The notes beneath the pieces are model-generated. The model was not told the origin of the DNA. It did no database searches and saw only the letters and a list, made by a program, of their open reading frames with translations. A program made the translations under genes and the position numbers. A stretch of 64,000 nt of DNA from Patescibacteria group bacterium (GTDB lineage Bacteria; Patescibacteriota; Patescibacteriia; JAHIZJ01). Location: NCBI GenBank assembly GCA_041661625.1, contig JBAZUB010000002.1, positions 28,059 to 92,058 on the forward strand, read 5' to 3'. Shown piece by piece: positions 27,994-36,614 of the stretch (the stretch's first letter is position 1; each line of letters starts with the position of its first letter).

Positions 27994-28821
27994 ATGAAGG
28001 TATATTTCGATAGCAAAACGTTTGACTCTTATATTAAGGCAAACAAAAAGCTGGTACTGTCGACCAAGAAGTGTCTGCCAAGAAAACGACGATATTTAAT
28101 CGACCTTGGAATCATTTCGGCCGGCATACATGGAACAGACAATTTGATACGTAAGCAGTTTATCATTGGAAAAGTAGATAGCGAATCAAGATATGGATTA
28201 TATTCAGATCGTAGTAAAGAATATGACAAATTAGCAATAGAAAAAGAACTGTTGATAAAAAAGCTGATCCCCTCCAGGTTGATGATCAGAAGTGCTATTA
28301 TTGATCAGGCTTATGTTGAAATTATGGATATTGCGAATCGCGGCGTACAAGCTAATCCTGATGAAATAAGTACCGTTAGCTTCTTAGAAAACTGTGTAGA
28401 AATATATTTTCCATATTTGTTAAATGATCTAATTGGTTATTCCAAAATATCTAAATTAAAGATGTTTAGAGTTAAATCGGGGCGGCGATTTAATACTGTC
28501 TGCCAAAGATGTGGGGCGCCATTAAAGCGAACAAACACAAAAACAAAACTAATGCCGGTCGTCAATGATAATATTTGGTACGTATATACGCCCAGTCATT
28601 GCTATAGATCAGAAAACAGATCTTGCTCAGAAAGTAGAAATAAAAGGCAGAGTCCAAAATTAAAACCACCTTATGTTGCTGTGGGCAATTGCGTATTTTG
28701 TCATGTAATTACCACATCGGTAATAACAAAGAAAATACATGGAGCGGTATATAACTTTTGTAGCCAATCACACTACCAAAGCATGCGAAGGGCTCTAGTA
28801 AGGCGAAAACAAAGGGAGTAA
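27994..28821 (+). CDS. basic hypothetical protein with C-terminal Cys/His zinc-finger motifs
   Basis: CQRC, HC..C, CVFC, FCSQSH; K/R-rich. Confidence 0.7.
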   Translation: MKVYFDSKTFDSYIKANKKLVLSTKKCLPRKRRYLIDLGIISAGIHGTDNLIRKQFIIGKVDSESRYGLYSDRSKEYDKLAIEKELLIKKLIPSRLMIRSAIIDQAYVEIMDIANRGVQANPDEISTVSFLENCVEIYFPYLLNDLIGYSKISKLKMFRVKSGRRFNTVCQRCGAPLKRTNTKTKLMPVVNDNIWYVYTPSHCYRSENRSCSESRNKRQSPKLKPPYVAVGNCVFCHVITTSVITKKIHGAVYNFCSQSHYQSMRRALVRRKQRE

Positions 28822-29153
28822 TTGAGTCTGTCTCACTTTCTGTGTGGCATTATAGGCAGCTGAAAAAACAGCTGTTTTATAATTGGCTCATTCGTGAAGG
28901 GGCATACCCGTAGTGCTGCTAGAACGATATAAAACAAATCTAGCAAAGGTTACGGGCTTGTACGTGAAGGACTGCTGACGGTGATGATAGAGGGCGCGCT
29001 CTGCAGAATCTAACGGCTCAATCTAACTATCAAATATGGTTGATAAAAAAGCCAGTTAGAACAAACAGGGCTGTCAGGTCAGGACTATAAATATATATCA
29101 CCAGAAGCAGGGAGCAGAGCGGGAAGGTCTAAATCTTAATATCCGGAGTCGCA

Positions 29154-29315
29154 ATGTCGACAAAGCAACAAAAAAGAGAAACCAGACAAGCGAGAATTCA
29201 TCTTAAGTATCACAAAATTCTTAAAGTCACGGCATTTAATCGAGGTATGACAATATCGCGCTTACTTGATGAAGTAATAGAGGATTATTTTGGAATTAAA
29301 GGAGAGAAGGAATAG
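29154..29315 (+). CDS. 53-aa ribbon-helix-helix DNA-binding protein (below the ORF-track cutoff)
   Basis: MSTKQQKRETRQARIHLKYHKILKVTAFNRGMTISRLLDEVIEDYF; GGAG RBS. Confidence 0.7.
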   Translation: MSTKQQKRETRQARIHLKYHKILKVTAFNRGMTISRLLDEVIEDYFGIKGEKE

Positions 29316-29408
29316 TGTGACCGGCAAAGATAGTCTGATAATAGAGCAGGATATTATTTGAATGATGGTTGGGGAGTGTATTCAAATAGCCATAAAATCT
29401 TCGAAGGA

Positions 29409-29567
29409 ATGATTTCTAGTAATGCATACAAACAAGATCAGCCCCAAGTCAGTTATCAATACGCGGGCCGGGTAACTGACGATAGCGACTATTTGAATTA
29501 TGCATTTGATATGCTATTTGAAGAAATTATGAAGCAAAACAACTTATTGACAACTAATGACAATTAG
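29409..29567 (+). CDS. small hypothetical protein upstream of xis-int
   Basis: ATG after GAAGGA; amphipathic helix LNYAFDMLFEEI. Confidence 0.5.
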   Translation: MISSNAYKQDQPQVSYQYAGRVTDDSDYLNYAFDMLFEEIMKQNNLLTTNDN

Positions 29568-29576
29568 GATTATACT
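29547..29576 (+). promoter_or_regulatory. xis-int promoter with direct repeats
   Basis: TTGACA-18 nt-TATACT ending 6 nt before the ATG; TGACAA repeated at 11-bp spacing. Confidence 0.7.
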
Positions 29577-29582
29577 GTAATC

Positions 29583-29765
29583 ATGGAATTTCTTACTAGA
29601 GATGAGGTAGCCAAATACTTCAGGGTGCACCCCCGTACGGTTATGCGCTGGCTCAAACAGGGCAGTCTTAGGGGCTACAAATTAGGCACAGGTAAAACCG
29701 CCCTACTTCGCATATCCAAGTCCGAGATTGAAAGATTTATGGAAAAATCTAAGATCACAAAATGA
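29583..29765 (+). CDS. excisionase-family helix-turn-helix protein
   Basis: LTRDEVAKYFRVHPRTVMRWLKQGSL.G.K.G...RI winged-HTH pattern; ATGA overlap with the recombinase. Confidence 0.88.
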   Translation: MEFLTRDEVAKYFRVHPRTVMRWLKQGSLRGYKLGTGKTALLRISKSEIERFMEKSKITK

Positions 29766-31513
29766 ACTCTACTGCTGACAAACAAGTTAAGCTGATCGCC
29801 ACGTACGCGCGTGTTTCAACGTCTCATCAGGAGGAACAACAAACGATACAAAACCAGTTAACCGCACTGCGTGAGTTTGCCAATAAGAATAATTACACGA
29901 TAGTCGAGGAATACACAGATGATGGCTGGAGCGGCGATATGCTGGCTAGGCCATCGCTTGATAAGCTTCGTCAGGATGTAAAGAACAAGATTTGGGAAGC
30001 GGTGCTTATTTATGACCCCGATCGTCTAGCTCGTCGTTACTCATATCAGGAGCTGGTAATGGATGAGTTGCGGGAAGCTGGAATTGAGGTAATGTTCATT
30101 ACCGTTACTGCTCCCAAAAACGACGAAGATAAGATATTGCACGGAGTAAGGGGTTTGTTTGCCGAATACGAGCGGGCGAAAATATCGGAGCGTTTCCGTC
30201 TCGGTAAACTTCGCAAGGTCAAAGAGGGGCATATTTTGGTGAGCGAGCCACTGTATGGCTATAACTATATTCCCAAACAAGACGACCGGCACGGCTACTA
30301 TAAGATCAACCCGGAGGAAGCGCGCGTTATCAAAATGATATTTTCGTGGGTAGCAGACGAAGGTTTGACCATTAGAGCGGTAATCAGAAGGCTACAGGAA
30401 ATGGGAATAAAGCCGCGCAAGAGCAAACGAGGAGTTTGGAGCACCAGCACATTGAGCACGCTGTTACGCCACCGTGCGTATATCGGCGAGGAACACTGGG
30501 GGAGTTCCTACGCGGTGGTTCCAGACAATCCGCTCAAGCACGAAAAATATAAGAAGATGAAGAAAACTAGTCGTCGGAAAAAGCCTAAAGAGGAATGGTT
30601 TACTATACCTGTACCCGCAATTATAAAAGCAGAAGTGTTTGAGAAAGTAGGGCGGCAGCTACAAGCAAACTATACTTTTTGCCAGCGTAACAAGAAGAAC
30701 GAATATTTACTGTCTGGTAAAATAGAGTGTGCTTGTGGGAGAAAACGGGCAGGAGAAGGCGCTTTGCAAGGTAAGCACCTATACTATCGTTGTGCTGACA
30801 GGGTTTACAGTTTTCCACTGCCTCATAAATGTAGAGAAAAAGGCATCAATGCCAGAATAGCTGACGATCTGGTATGGCAGAAAATAACAAAGCTAATGAC
30901 TTCGCCGGAGCTACTTTCTCAGCAGGTCAGTCGCTGGTTTAAGAGTAGGCAGGATAAATCTCAAGCGGCATTCGTTGACGTTGATTCGCTTAAAGGGCAG
31001 GTTGAGAAGCTCAAGGGGCAGGAGGAGCGTTATAACAAAGCCTACGGCGCGGGAGTGTTCAATCTGGAACAGCTTAAGGAGTACACGTCTCCCATTAGGG
31101 AAAAGATCGGTCAGATCGGTAAACAGATAATTGGCGCTAACCGTGAAGCCAACAGAATACAGCTAGAAGTGCCCGATCAGACCGAGATGGTATCATTCAC
31201 CCAGAAAGCAAGAACGACGTTACAGGACTTGAATTTTGAGGCAAAAAGGGCGATAATATTGAACACGGTCGAAAGAGTTGTAGGTACAAAGCAGAATTTA
31301 CAAGTATTCGGATATATTCCAATCACTCAAAATGTCTCATTCAACACTATCGGTCGGTATAGTCGGGCTGCCAAATGTCGGGAAATCCACCCTCTTCCAG
31401 GCGCTGACCAAAAAACAAGTCGATACTTCAAACTACCCTTTTGCCACTATCGATCCGAACGTAGGCGTGGTAGCCGTGCCCGACGCACGGTTAGACGCAT
31501 TGGCCAAGTTTAG
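29762..31513 (+). CDS. large serine recombinase (resolvase + recombinase + Zn-ribbon + coiled coil)
   Basis: YARVST catalytic Ser, DDGWSG..RP.L, DRLAR, YGY, LLSGKIECACG, YYRC; last 51 codons derive from ychF sequence. Confidence 0.95.
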   Translation: MNSTADKQVKLIATYARVSTSHQEEQQTIQNQLTALREFANKNNYTIVEEYTDDGWSGDMLARPSLDKLRQDVKNKIWEAVLIYDPDRLARRYSYQELVMDELREAGIEVMFITVTAPKNDEDKILHGVRGLFAEYERAKISERFRLGKLRKVKEGHILVSEPLYGYNYIPKQDDRHGYYKINPEEARVIKMIFSWVADEGLTIRAVIRRLQEMGIKPRKSKRGVWSTSTLSTLLRHRAYIGEEHWGSSYAVVPDNPLKHEKYKKMKKTSRRKKPKEEWFTIPVPAIIKAEVFEKVGRQLQANYTFCQRNKKNEYLLSGKIECACGRKRAGEGALQGKHLYYRCADRVYSFPLPHKCREKGINARIADDLVWQKITKLMTSPELLSQQVSRWFKSRQDKSQAAFVDVDSLKGQVEKLKGQEERYNKAYGAGVFNLEQLKEYTSPIREKIGQIGKQIIGANREANRIQLEVPDQTEMVSFTQKARTTLQDLNFEAKRAIILNTVERVVGTKQNLQVFGYIPITQNVSFNTIGRYSRAAKCREIHPLPGADQKTSRYFKLPFCHYRSERRRGSRARRTVRRIGQV

Positions 31514-32390
31514 TGATTCCAAGAAAACGGTACCGACAACGATCGAATTTACCGATATTGCCGGCCTGGTGAAGGGAGCCTCTCAAGGTGAGGGTCTGGG
31601 TAATAAATTTCTCAATAACATCCGCCAGGTAGACGCCATCTGTCACGTGGTGCGTTCGTTTAGCGACCCTAATGTGGTGCACGTGGCTGGAAAAGTCGAT
31701 CCCGAATCGGATCAGCAGACGATTTTGTACGAATTAGCCATGGCCGATCTCGAGCAGGTTGCCCGAGCGATAGACCAAGCCAACGGCAAGGCCCGTTCGG
31801 GCGACAAAGACGCGATCAAACTTTTGGCTGTACTAGAAAAGATTAAGGCTGTGCTGGATCAAGGTCAACCCGCTGGAACGATTGATCTGGATGAAAGCGC
31901 GATTGAATTATTGAAACCGTTCAATCTGCTGACTATGAAGCCGATTCTGACAGTTCTTAATGTTGATGAAAACGACTATCAGCAAGTTGGCCACACATTA
32001 AAAATATCCGTGAAATTAGAGGCCGAGCTGGCCGGCTTCAGCCTCGAGGAAGCTAAAGAATATCTGGCTGGATTAGGTTGGGCGGAAAGTGGTCTCGATC
32101 GGTTGATTAGGGCCAGCTATGATCTGCTCGGTCTGATCACTTTTTTTACCACCGGCGAAAAAGAGTCGCGTGCATGGACTATTACAAAAGGTAACAAAGC
32201 GCCCCAAGCCGCCGGAGTGATTCACACTGATTTCGAAAAGGGCTTTATTCGCGCCGAAGTGATCAATTGGAAGGACTTGATCGATGCCGGCTCGGAAGCC
32301 AACGCCAAGGCTGAAGGCCTAATGCGCATGGAAGGTAAAGAATACGTGTTTCAGGATGGGGATACAACAGAGTTTCATTTTTCTGCTTGA
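31332..32390 (+). CDS. ychF: redox-regulated ATPase YchF (start codon supplied by the element)
   Basis: GIVGLPNVGKSTLF, NYPFATIDPN, DIAGLVKGAS.GEGLGNKFL, IHTDFEKGFIRAE. Confidence 0.97.
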   Translation: MSHSTLSVGIVGLPNVGKSTLFQALTKKQVDTSNYPFATIDPNVGVVAVPDARLDALAKFSDSKKTVPTTIEFTDIAGLVKGASQGEGLGNKFLNNIRQVDAICHVVRSFSDPNVVHVAGKVDPESDQQTILYELAMADLEQVARAIDQANGKARSGDKDAIKLLAVLEKIKAVLDQGQPAGTIDLDESAIELLKPFNLLTMKPILTVLNVDENDYQQVGHTLKISVKLEAELAGFSLEEAKEYLAGLGWAESGLDRLIRASYDLLGLITFFTTGEKESRAWTITKGNKAPQAAGVIHTDFEKGFIRAEVINWKDLIDAGSEANAKAEGLMRMEGKEYVFQDGDTTEFHFSA

Positions 32391-32396
32391 AATCAT

Positions 32397-33032
32397 ATGG
32401 GTATCAATCGCACAATAGCAGCGTATGACAAATACGCTGAAATCTACGATCAGGAGACAATTGAATTTTGGGAAAAGTTCCCACGATCTGTAATTGCGGA
32501 ATTCGTTAAATTATTACCAGGCAAGAGAGTGTTAAATCTCGGTAGCGGGCCCGGGCGGGACGCTTTACTTTTGCGTGAGGCCGGTTTGGATGTTCTATGC
32601 GTTGACGCATCCACCGAAATGGTGAGGAGAACCCAAGATCTGGGCTTCGAGTCGATATCGTCTGATATTACCGCACTAGATTATCCAGATGATGAATTCG
32701 ATGGCATTTGGGCATACACCTCGCTGCTTCATGTGCCGACCGATAAAATGATAACTCTATTGCATCGGACGCGAAGCTGGTTGCGAATACACGGCGTGTT
32801 ATTAATAGGTATGATAGAAGGAGAATTTCAAGGAGAAATAACCCGGGACAATATGCCAAACATGAAACGATATTTTAAATATTATCAAGAATCGGAATTA
32901 ATCGAACTGATATCTCAAGCCGGATATGAACTACGTTATCAGGAGCGATATCAGCCGCACCGAAAAGTCTACCTAAATCAGATTTATATGAAGTCGGCTA
33001 AAGCACCCCACATATCGTTCCATAGCATATAA
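32397..33032 (+). CDS. class I SAM-dependent methyltransferase
   Basis: VLNLGSGPGRD, VDAS, FDGIWAYTSLLH. Confidence 0.9.
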   Translation: MGINRTIAAYDKYAEIYDQETIEFWEKFPRSVIAEFVKLLPGKRVLNLGSGPGRDALLLREAGLDVLCVDASTEMVRRTQDLGFESISSDITALDYPDDEFDGIWAYTSLLHVPTDKMITLLHRTRSWLRIHGVLLIGMIEGEFQGEITRDNMPNMKRYFKYYQESELIELISQAGYELRYQERYQPHRKVYLNQIYMKSAKAPHISFHSI

Positions 33033-33167
33033 CCTGGTTGAATTTGCCCACTTCACTCAGATTGATGTACACTAATAATGGACAGTATCGGAATGTCCAC
33101 CTTCAAAATCAGGCGGCTCTCATGAGGAGGGGCGCTGTTTTGTTTGCACAGTAGCACGGGGGTACTG

Positions 33168-33353
33168 ATGGCATTCAAACCGACCACGGTTCGAAAGTCC
33201 CAGCGGGCATTGGGACTACGGCAACGGCAATTCCGCACCAGGAAGGATCCTGGTCGGGAAGCGAGAAAACCGGGATACCGCCTACAGTTTGTGCAACACA
33301 ATATCAGGCGGATGCGCCTGTCCGGCCCGCATCCAGCCTTGCAACGTCTCTAG
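33168..33353 (+). CDS. small Arg-rich hypothetical protein (or overlapping structured RNA)
   Basis: GGGGG RBS-like run, terminator AGTCGGTG...CGCCGACT-TTT at 33367-33392. Confidence 0.35.
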   Translation: MAFKPTTVRKSQRALGLRQRQFRTRKDPGREARKPGYRLQFVQHNIRRMRLSGPHPALQRL

Positions 33354-33392
33354 CGGGATTCTCAACAGTCGGTGCTCCGATCGCCGACTTTT

Positions 33393-34634
33393 CTATTTGT
33401 GCAGAGTCATCACATAAATCTCGCGACCGACTCGTTGGCCGGGGCGGTGATAGAGCAATGGATTCTTACCCGCCCAAGCCGGGAATGGCAGTAACTCAAA
33501 ACCCAGTCGCCGCATCGGTTCGTTCAACGGCAACCGTGTTACGGTTTGATTTTGAAACCAACATGGCACCACAAGGGCGATTCGTCCGCCCGCCCGGAGT
33601 ACTTTTTGAAACTGTTCCAGCGTTCGGGTAAAAAGACCGGTAAGTTCCACGCGGACTTTTTCCAATGCGGCCCGATTATGCGATAGTCGGGTAGGACCCA
33701 AATAGGGTTCGGTGACAATCACATCAATCGTGTTTGGTGCCACATATTCGGACAGCTGGGTGGCGTCGTGCATTTCTATTCGAATGCCGACCGAATCTTT
33801 GGGTGATTGTTCTTGCAGCCAATGGATATTTTTGGTCGTGGCCTGGATGGCTTTAGAACTGGTATCAAAGCCGATCAGATTTTTTATGCCCAGCAAATAA
33901 GCTTCTTGCAAAACCGTACCGGACCCGCAAAATGGATCGAGTAAGGTAGCTATGCTGGGCGCCCGTGTCAGGTTAATCATTATTTGGGCCAGTTTGGGGG
34001 GCAGCATACCCTGAAGCATGTCGCGTCCCGGCCGTCCATAATCCCGTCGGCCGTATGCCTCAAAATCTTGGACCGCTTCAGTCCGGCCAACCAAAACATT
34101 TTGTCCGCGGATAATTAACACGATCTCGCCGCCATTCTCGACCAAATTATTCTTAGTGACGCTTACGGACGATAGGGTTGGTTCGTTGTGATTCGCAAAC
34201 CGGCCGGCGTAACCTGCCATGCGCAGCTCCTTCTTCACTTCCATGCCTAATCGAACCACGGCTTGGCTATTGAATCCTTTTGTCTCGCCATAGACGCTAA
34301 TACCAAACGTCACCTTATCGGACAAAACCAGCAAACCAGTGTCGAATATCCCTTTGGCCAGTGTCGCGGTTAATTGCTTGATGGTGGTTTTCAAAATAAT
34401 CCGGCCCACTTTTATCGTACCGCCCAGCCGGTTCATGAGGTGATCCAGCTGGATCGCTCCAGAACCAGAAATAACCAGCGCCTGGCCGCATAGAGTCGGC
34501 GGTGTGTTTGGATCGATTTGGTCGTTCAAACAAACCGCGATTTCGGCGGCAGAAAGAGCGATTTCTCGGCCCAAAATAAAGAAATAATGGTACTGAGACG
34601 GCGGGTTTGGTTGAGCGGGTTGAGGGCTTGCCAT
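33393..34634 (-). CDS. Trm11/UPF0020-like RNA (guanine-N2) methyltransferase
   Basis: MLPPKLAQIMINL, LDPFCGSGT, IVTEPYLG. Confidence 0.85.
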   Translation of the reverse strand: MASPQPAQPNPPSQYHYFFILGREIALSAAEIAVCLNDQIDPNTPPTLCGQALVISGSGAIQLDHLMNRLGGTIKVGRIILKTTIKQLTATLAKGIFDTGLLVLSDKVTFGISVYGETKGFNSQAVVRLGMEVKKELRMAGYAGRFANHNEPTLSSVSVTKNNLVENGGEIVLIIRGQNVLVGRTEAVQDFEAYGRRDYGRPGRDMLQGMLPPKLAQIMINLTRAPSIATLLDPFCGSGTVLQEAYLLGIKNLIGFDTSSKAIQATTKNIHWLQEQSPKDSVGIRIEMHDATQLSEYVAPNTIDVIVTEPYLGPTRLSHNRAALEKVRVELTGLFTRTLEQFQKVLRAGGRIALVVPCWFQNQTVTRLPLNEPMRRLGFELLPFPAWAGKNPLLYHRPGQRVGREIYVMTLHK

Positions 34635-34729
34635 GATTGTCTTATTATGATACAGTGGTTTGGCAATACAAAGGGTCATTTCTGACACGTTTTATTGTAA
34701 CATTATTTAAACTATCTGTATCCAATCTC

Positions 34730-35287
34730 ATGGCATCGCGTTACGAACTGTTCTATCTTGTTTCCGCTCAAGTAGCCGAAAATGATTTACCCCAGATCAC
34801 CGGACGGGTGACCGAATTGATTACCAAGCTTGGTGGTCAAATCGTGAAGGACGAGCTTTGGGGAAAACGAAAATTGACTTATCAAATTGGCCGCGATAAT
34901 AACGCATATTTCTGGCTGACTCAATATGACACGGTTGAGCCCATCAATGCCGCCTTAACAGAACAGCTAAATTTGCAGCCTGAAATAATTCGCGTGCTCG
35001 TGACTGATGCATTGCCCGATTCCGAAACTGTCCCGATGGAACAGGCTCGTCAGGAAGCAGCGGCTCGCCAAGAAGAGCGCACGGCCAAGATTGACGCCGA
35101 CAAGGCGGCTGCCGTCGAGACCGCTCAGCCAGTCGAACCCGAGTTTATAACCGAATCCGAAGCTCTAACACCAGCCGTTAACACAACCAAATCGGCCGAG
35201 CCGTCCCGTGAAGAAAAGCGGGTTGACCTGGACGAGCTGGATCGTAAGTTGGATGAATTATTGGACGACAATATCAAGGATAAATAG
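34730..35287 (+). CDS. rpsF: 30S ribosomal protein S6 with long acidic C-terminal extension
   Basis: RYELFYLV, WGKRKLTYQI, IIRVL; rpsF-ssb-rpsR order. Confidence 0.93.
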   Translation: MASRYELFYLVSAQVAENDLPQITGRVTELITKLGGQIVKDELWGKRKLTYQIGRDNNAYFWLTQYDTVEPINAALTEQLNLQPEIIRVLVTDALPDSETVPMEQARQEAAARQEERTAKIDADKAAAVETAQPVEPEFITESEALTPAVNTTKSAEPSREEKRVDLDELDRKLDELLDDNIKDK

Positions 35288-35296
35288 GCCAATCAC

Positions 35297-35734
35297 ATGA
35301 TGAACCTAAACAAAGTACTGTTGATTGGAAACCTAACCCGCGATCCGGAAACTCGCACCACGCCAGGTGGGCAGAGTGTCAGTTCGTTCGGGTTGGCGAC
35401 TAACCGCAGCTGGCGCGACCAGCAGACTGGCGAACGAAAGACGGCCGTTGAATACCACAATATCGTAGCTTGGGGAAAGCTGGCCGACATTTGCACGCAG
35501 TATCTTCACAAAGGTAGCCGTATTTATACCGAAGGCCGTTTGCAAACCCGCAGTTGGGACGACCAGGCCGGCAATAAAAAATATCGTACCGAAATAGTTT
35601 TAGAAAATATGATAATGCTCGACCGCAAGGAAGACGGTAATCGTGGCTCCGACCATCCGGCCGTACCAGCCGCTGAAGAACCGACAACCCCGGCCAGCGA
35701 AGAGGAGATTAGCGTTGAAGACATTCCATTCTAG
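35297..35734 (+). CDS. ssb: single-stranded DNA-binding protein
   Basis: [24 protein letters not shown]-terminal EDIPF. Confidence 0.97.
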   Translation: MMNLNKVLLIGNLTRDPETRTTPGGQSVSSFGLATNRSWRDQQTGERKTAVEYHNIVAWGKLADICTQYLHKGSRIYTEGRLQTRSWDDQAGNKKYRTEIVLENMIMLDRKEDGNRGSDHPAVPAAEEPTTPASEEEISVEDIPF

Positions 35735-35756
35735 TTCAAGACACTCACAATCTGAG

Positions 35757-35969
35757 TTGGTTCAGAAAGAAAAATCCTGTGCTTTTTGCGCGCTCGATCG
35801 AAAAGAGATCGACTATAAGGACGTGACCACGTTGCAGCGATACATTTCTTCCTACGCGAAGATATTGCCCACCAAGCGCACCGGTACTTGTGCACGACAT
35901 CAGCGCAAATTGGCTACCGCTATCAAGCGGGCCCGCCAGGTATCGCTCTTACCTACCGTTGGCCGATAG
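35757..35969 (+). CDS. rpsR: 30S ribosomal protein S18 (zinc-binding form), probable TTG start
   Basis: [28 protein letters not shown]. Confidence 0.93.
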   Translation: MVQKEKSCAFCALDRKEIDYKDVTTLQRYISSYAKILPTKRTGTCARHQRKLATAIKRARQVSLLPTVGR

Positions 35970-35975
35970 ACTACC

Positions 35976-36536
35976 ATGCTTTTCATGAACGACATCAAAA
36001 TCGGGACGCTGTTCAAATACGATAACGCGCCTTATGTTGTGCTGAAAGCCGACCACGTCCAAATGGGCCGGGGCAGCGCAGTGCTGCGCACCAAGATTAA
36101 GAATGTTATTACTGGCCAAGTATTGGACCTAAGTTTGAAGAATGGTGATAAATTTGATGAGGCCCAGCTCGATCGGGCGAAGGCGACCTATCTTTATGCC
36201 GATGAGGCTGGCTTGAATCTGATGGATACGCAGTCATATGAACAGTTTACCTTGCCAGTCGAGGCAGCGGGTGACGCCAAACAATTTCTATGTGAGAATA
36301 TGGACGTTGAGGTAATGAGCTTCGATGGTAAGCCGGTTACGGTTCAATTGCCTAAGGTGGTCGAGCTGGAAGTGGTAGAGACAGCACCGGGCGTACGCGG
36401 TGACACGGCCCAGGGGAGTGTATCCAAGCCCGCGGTGTTGGTTTCGGGTGCCACGGTTAACGTACCGTTGTTCGTAAAACAAGGTGATAAGATTCGGGTA
36501 AATACCGAGCGCGGGGAATACCTGGATAGAGCTTAG
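35976..36536 (+). CDS. efp: elongation factor P
   Basis: HVQMGRGSA loop, PGVRGDT, VPLFVKQGD.I.VNT..GEY..R. Confidence 0.96.
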   Translation: MLFMNDIKIGTLFKYDNAPYVVLKADHVQMGRGSAVLRTKIKNVITGQVLDLSLKNGDKFDEAQLDRAKATYLYADEAGLNLMDTQSYEQFTLPVEAAGDAKQFLCENMDVEVMSFDGKPVTVQLPKVVELEVVETAPGVRGDTAQGSVSKPAVLVSGATVNVPLFVKQGDKIRVNTERGEYLDRA

Positions 36537-36559
36537 GGCAAGTAACATGTAATAAACAA

Positions 36560-36584
36560 AGAAGCTCCTAATACGGGAGTTTTT
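36560..36584 (+). terminator. terminator after efp
   Basis: AAGCTCC-TAATAC-GGGAGTTTTT. Confidence 0.6.
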
Positions 36585-36614
36585 GAAATTTGAGTAATAA
36601 GATACACAACAAGC

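Larger units (their letters stand above)
13819..31357. mobile_element. 17.5-kb serine-recombinase integrative element (satellite-like) inserted in ychF
   Basis: shared core GTCGG at 13814-18 and 31353-57; split ychF; recombinase + Xis at the right end; TerS-like, TA and defence cargo; mostly AT-richer than the flanks. Confidence 0.88.

Noticed and set aside
31332-31513. Recombinase/ychF overlap as a frameshift or sequencing error
   Set aside because: Explained by integration; the missing native ychF start is found at 13802
35643-35756. N-terminal extension of rpsR
   Set aside because: Overlaps ssb; TTG at 35757 gives a normal-length S18
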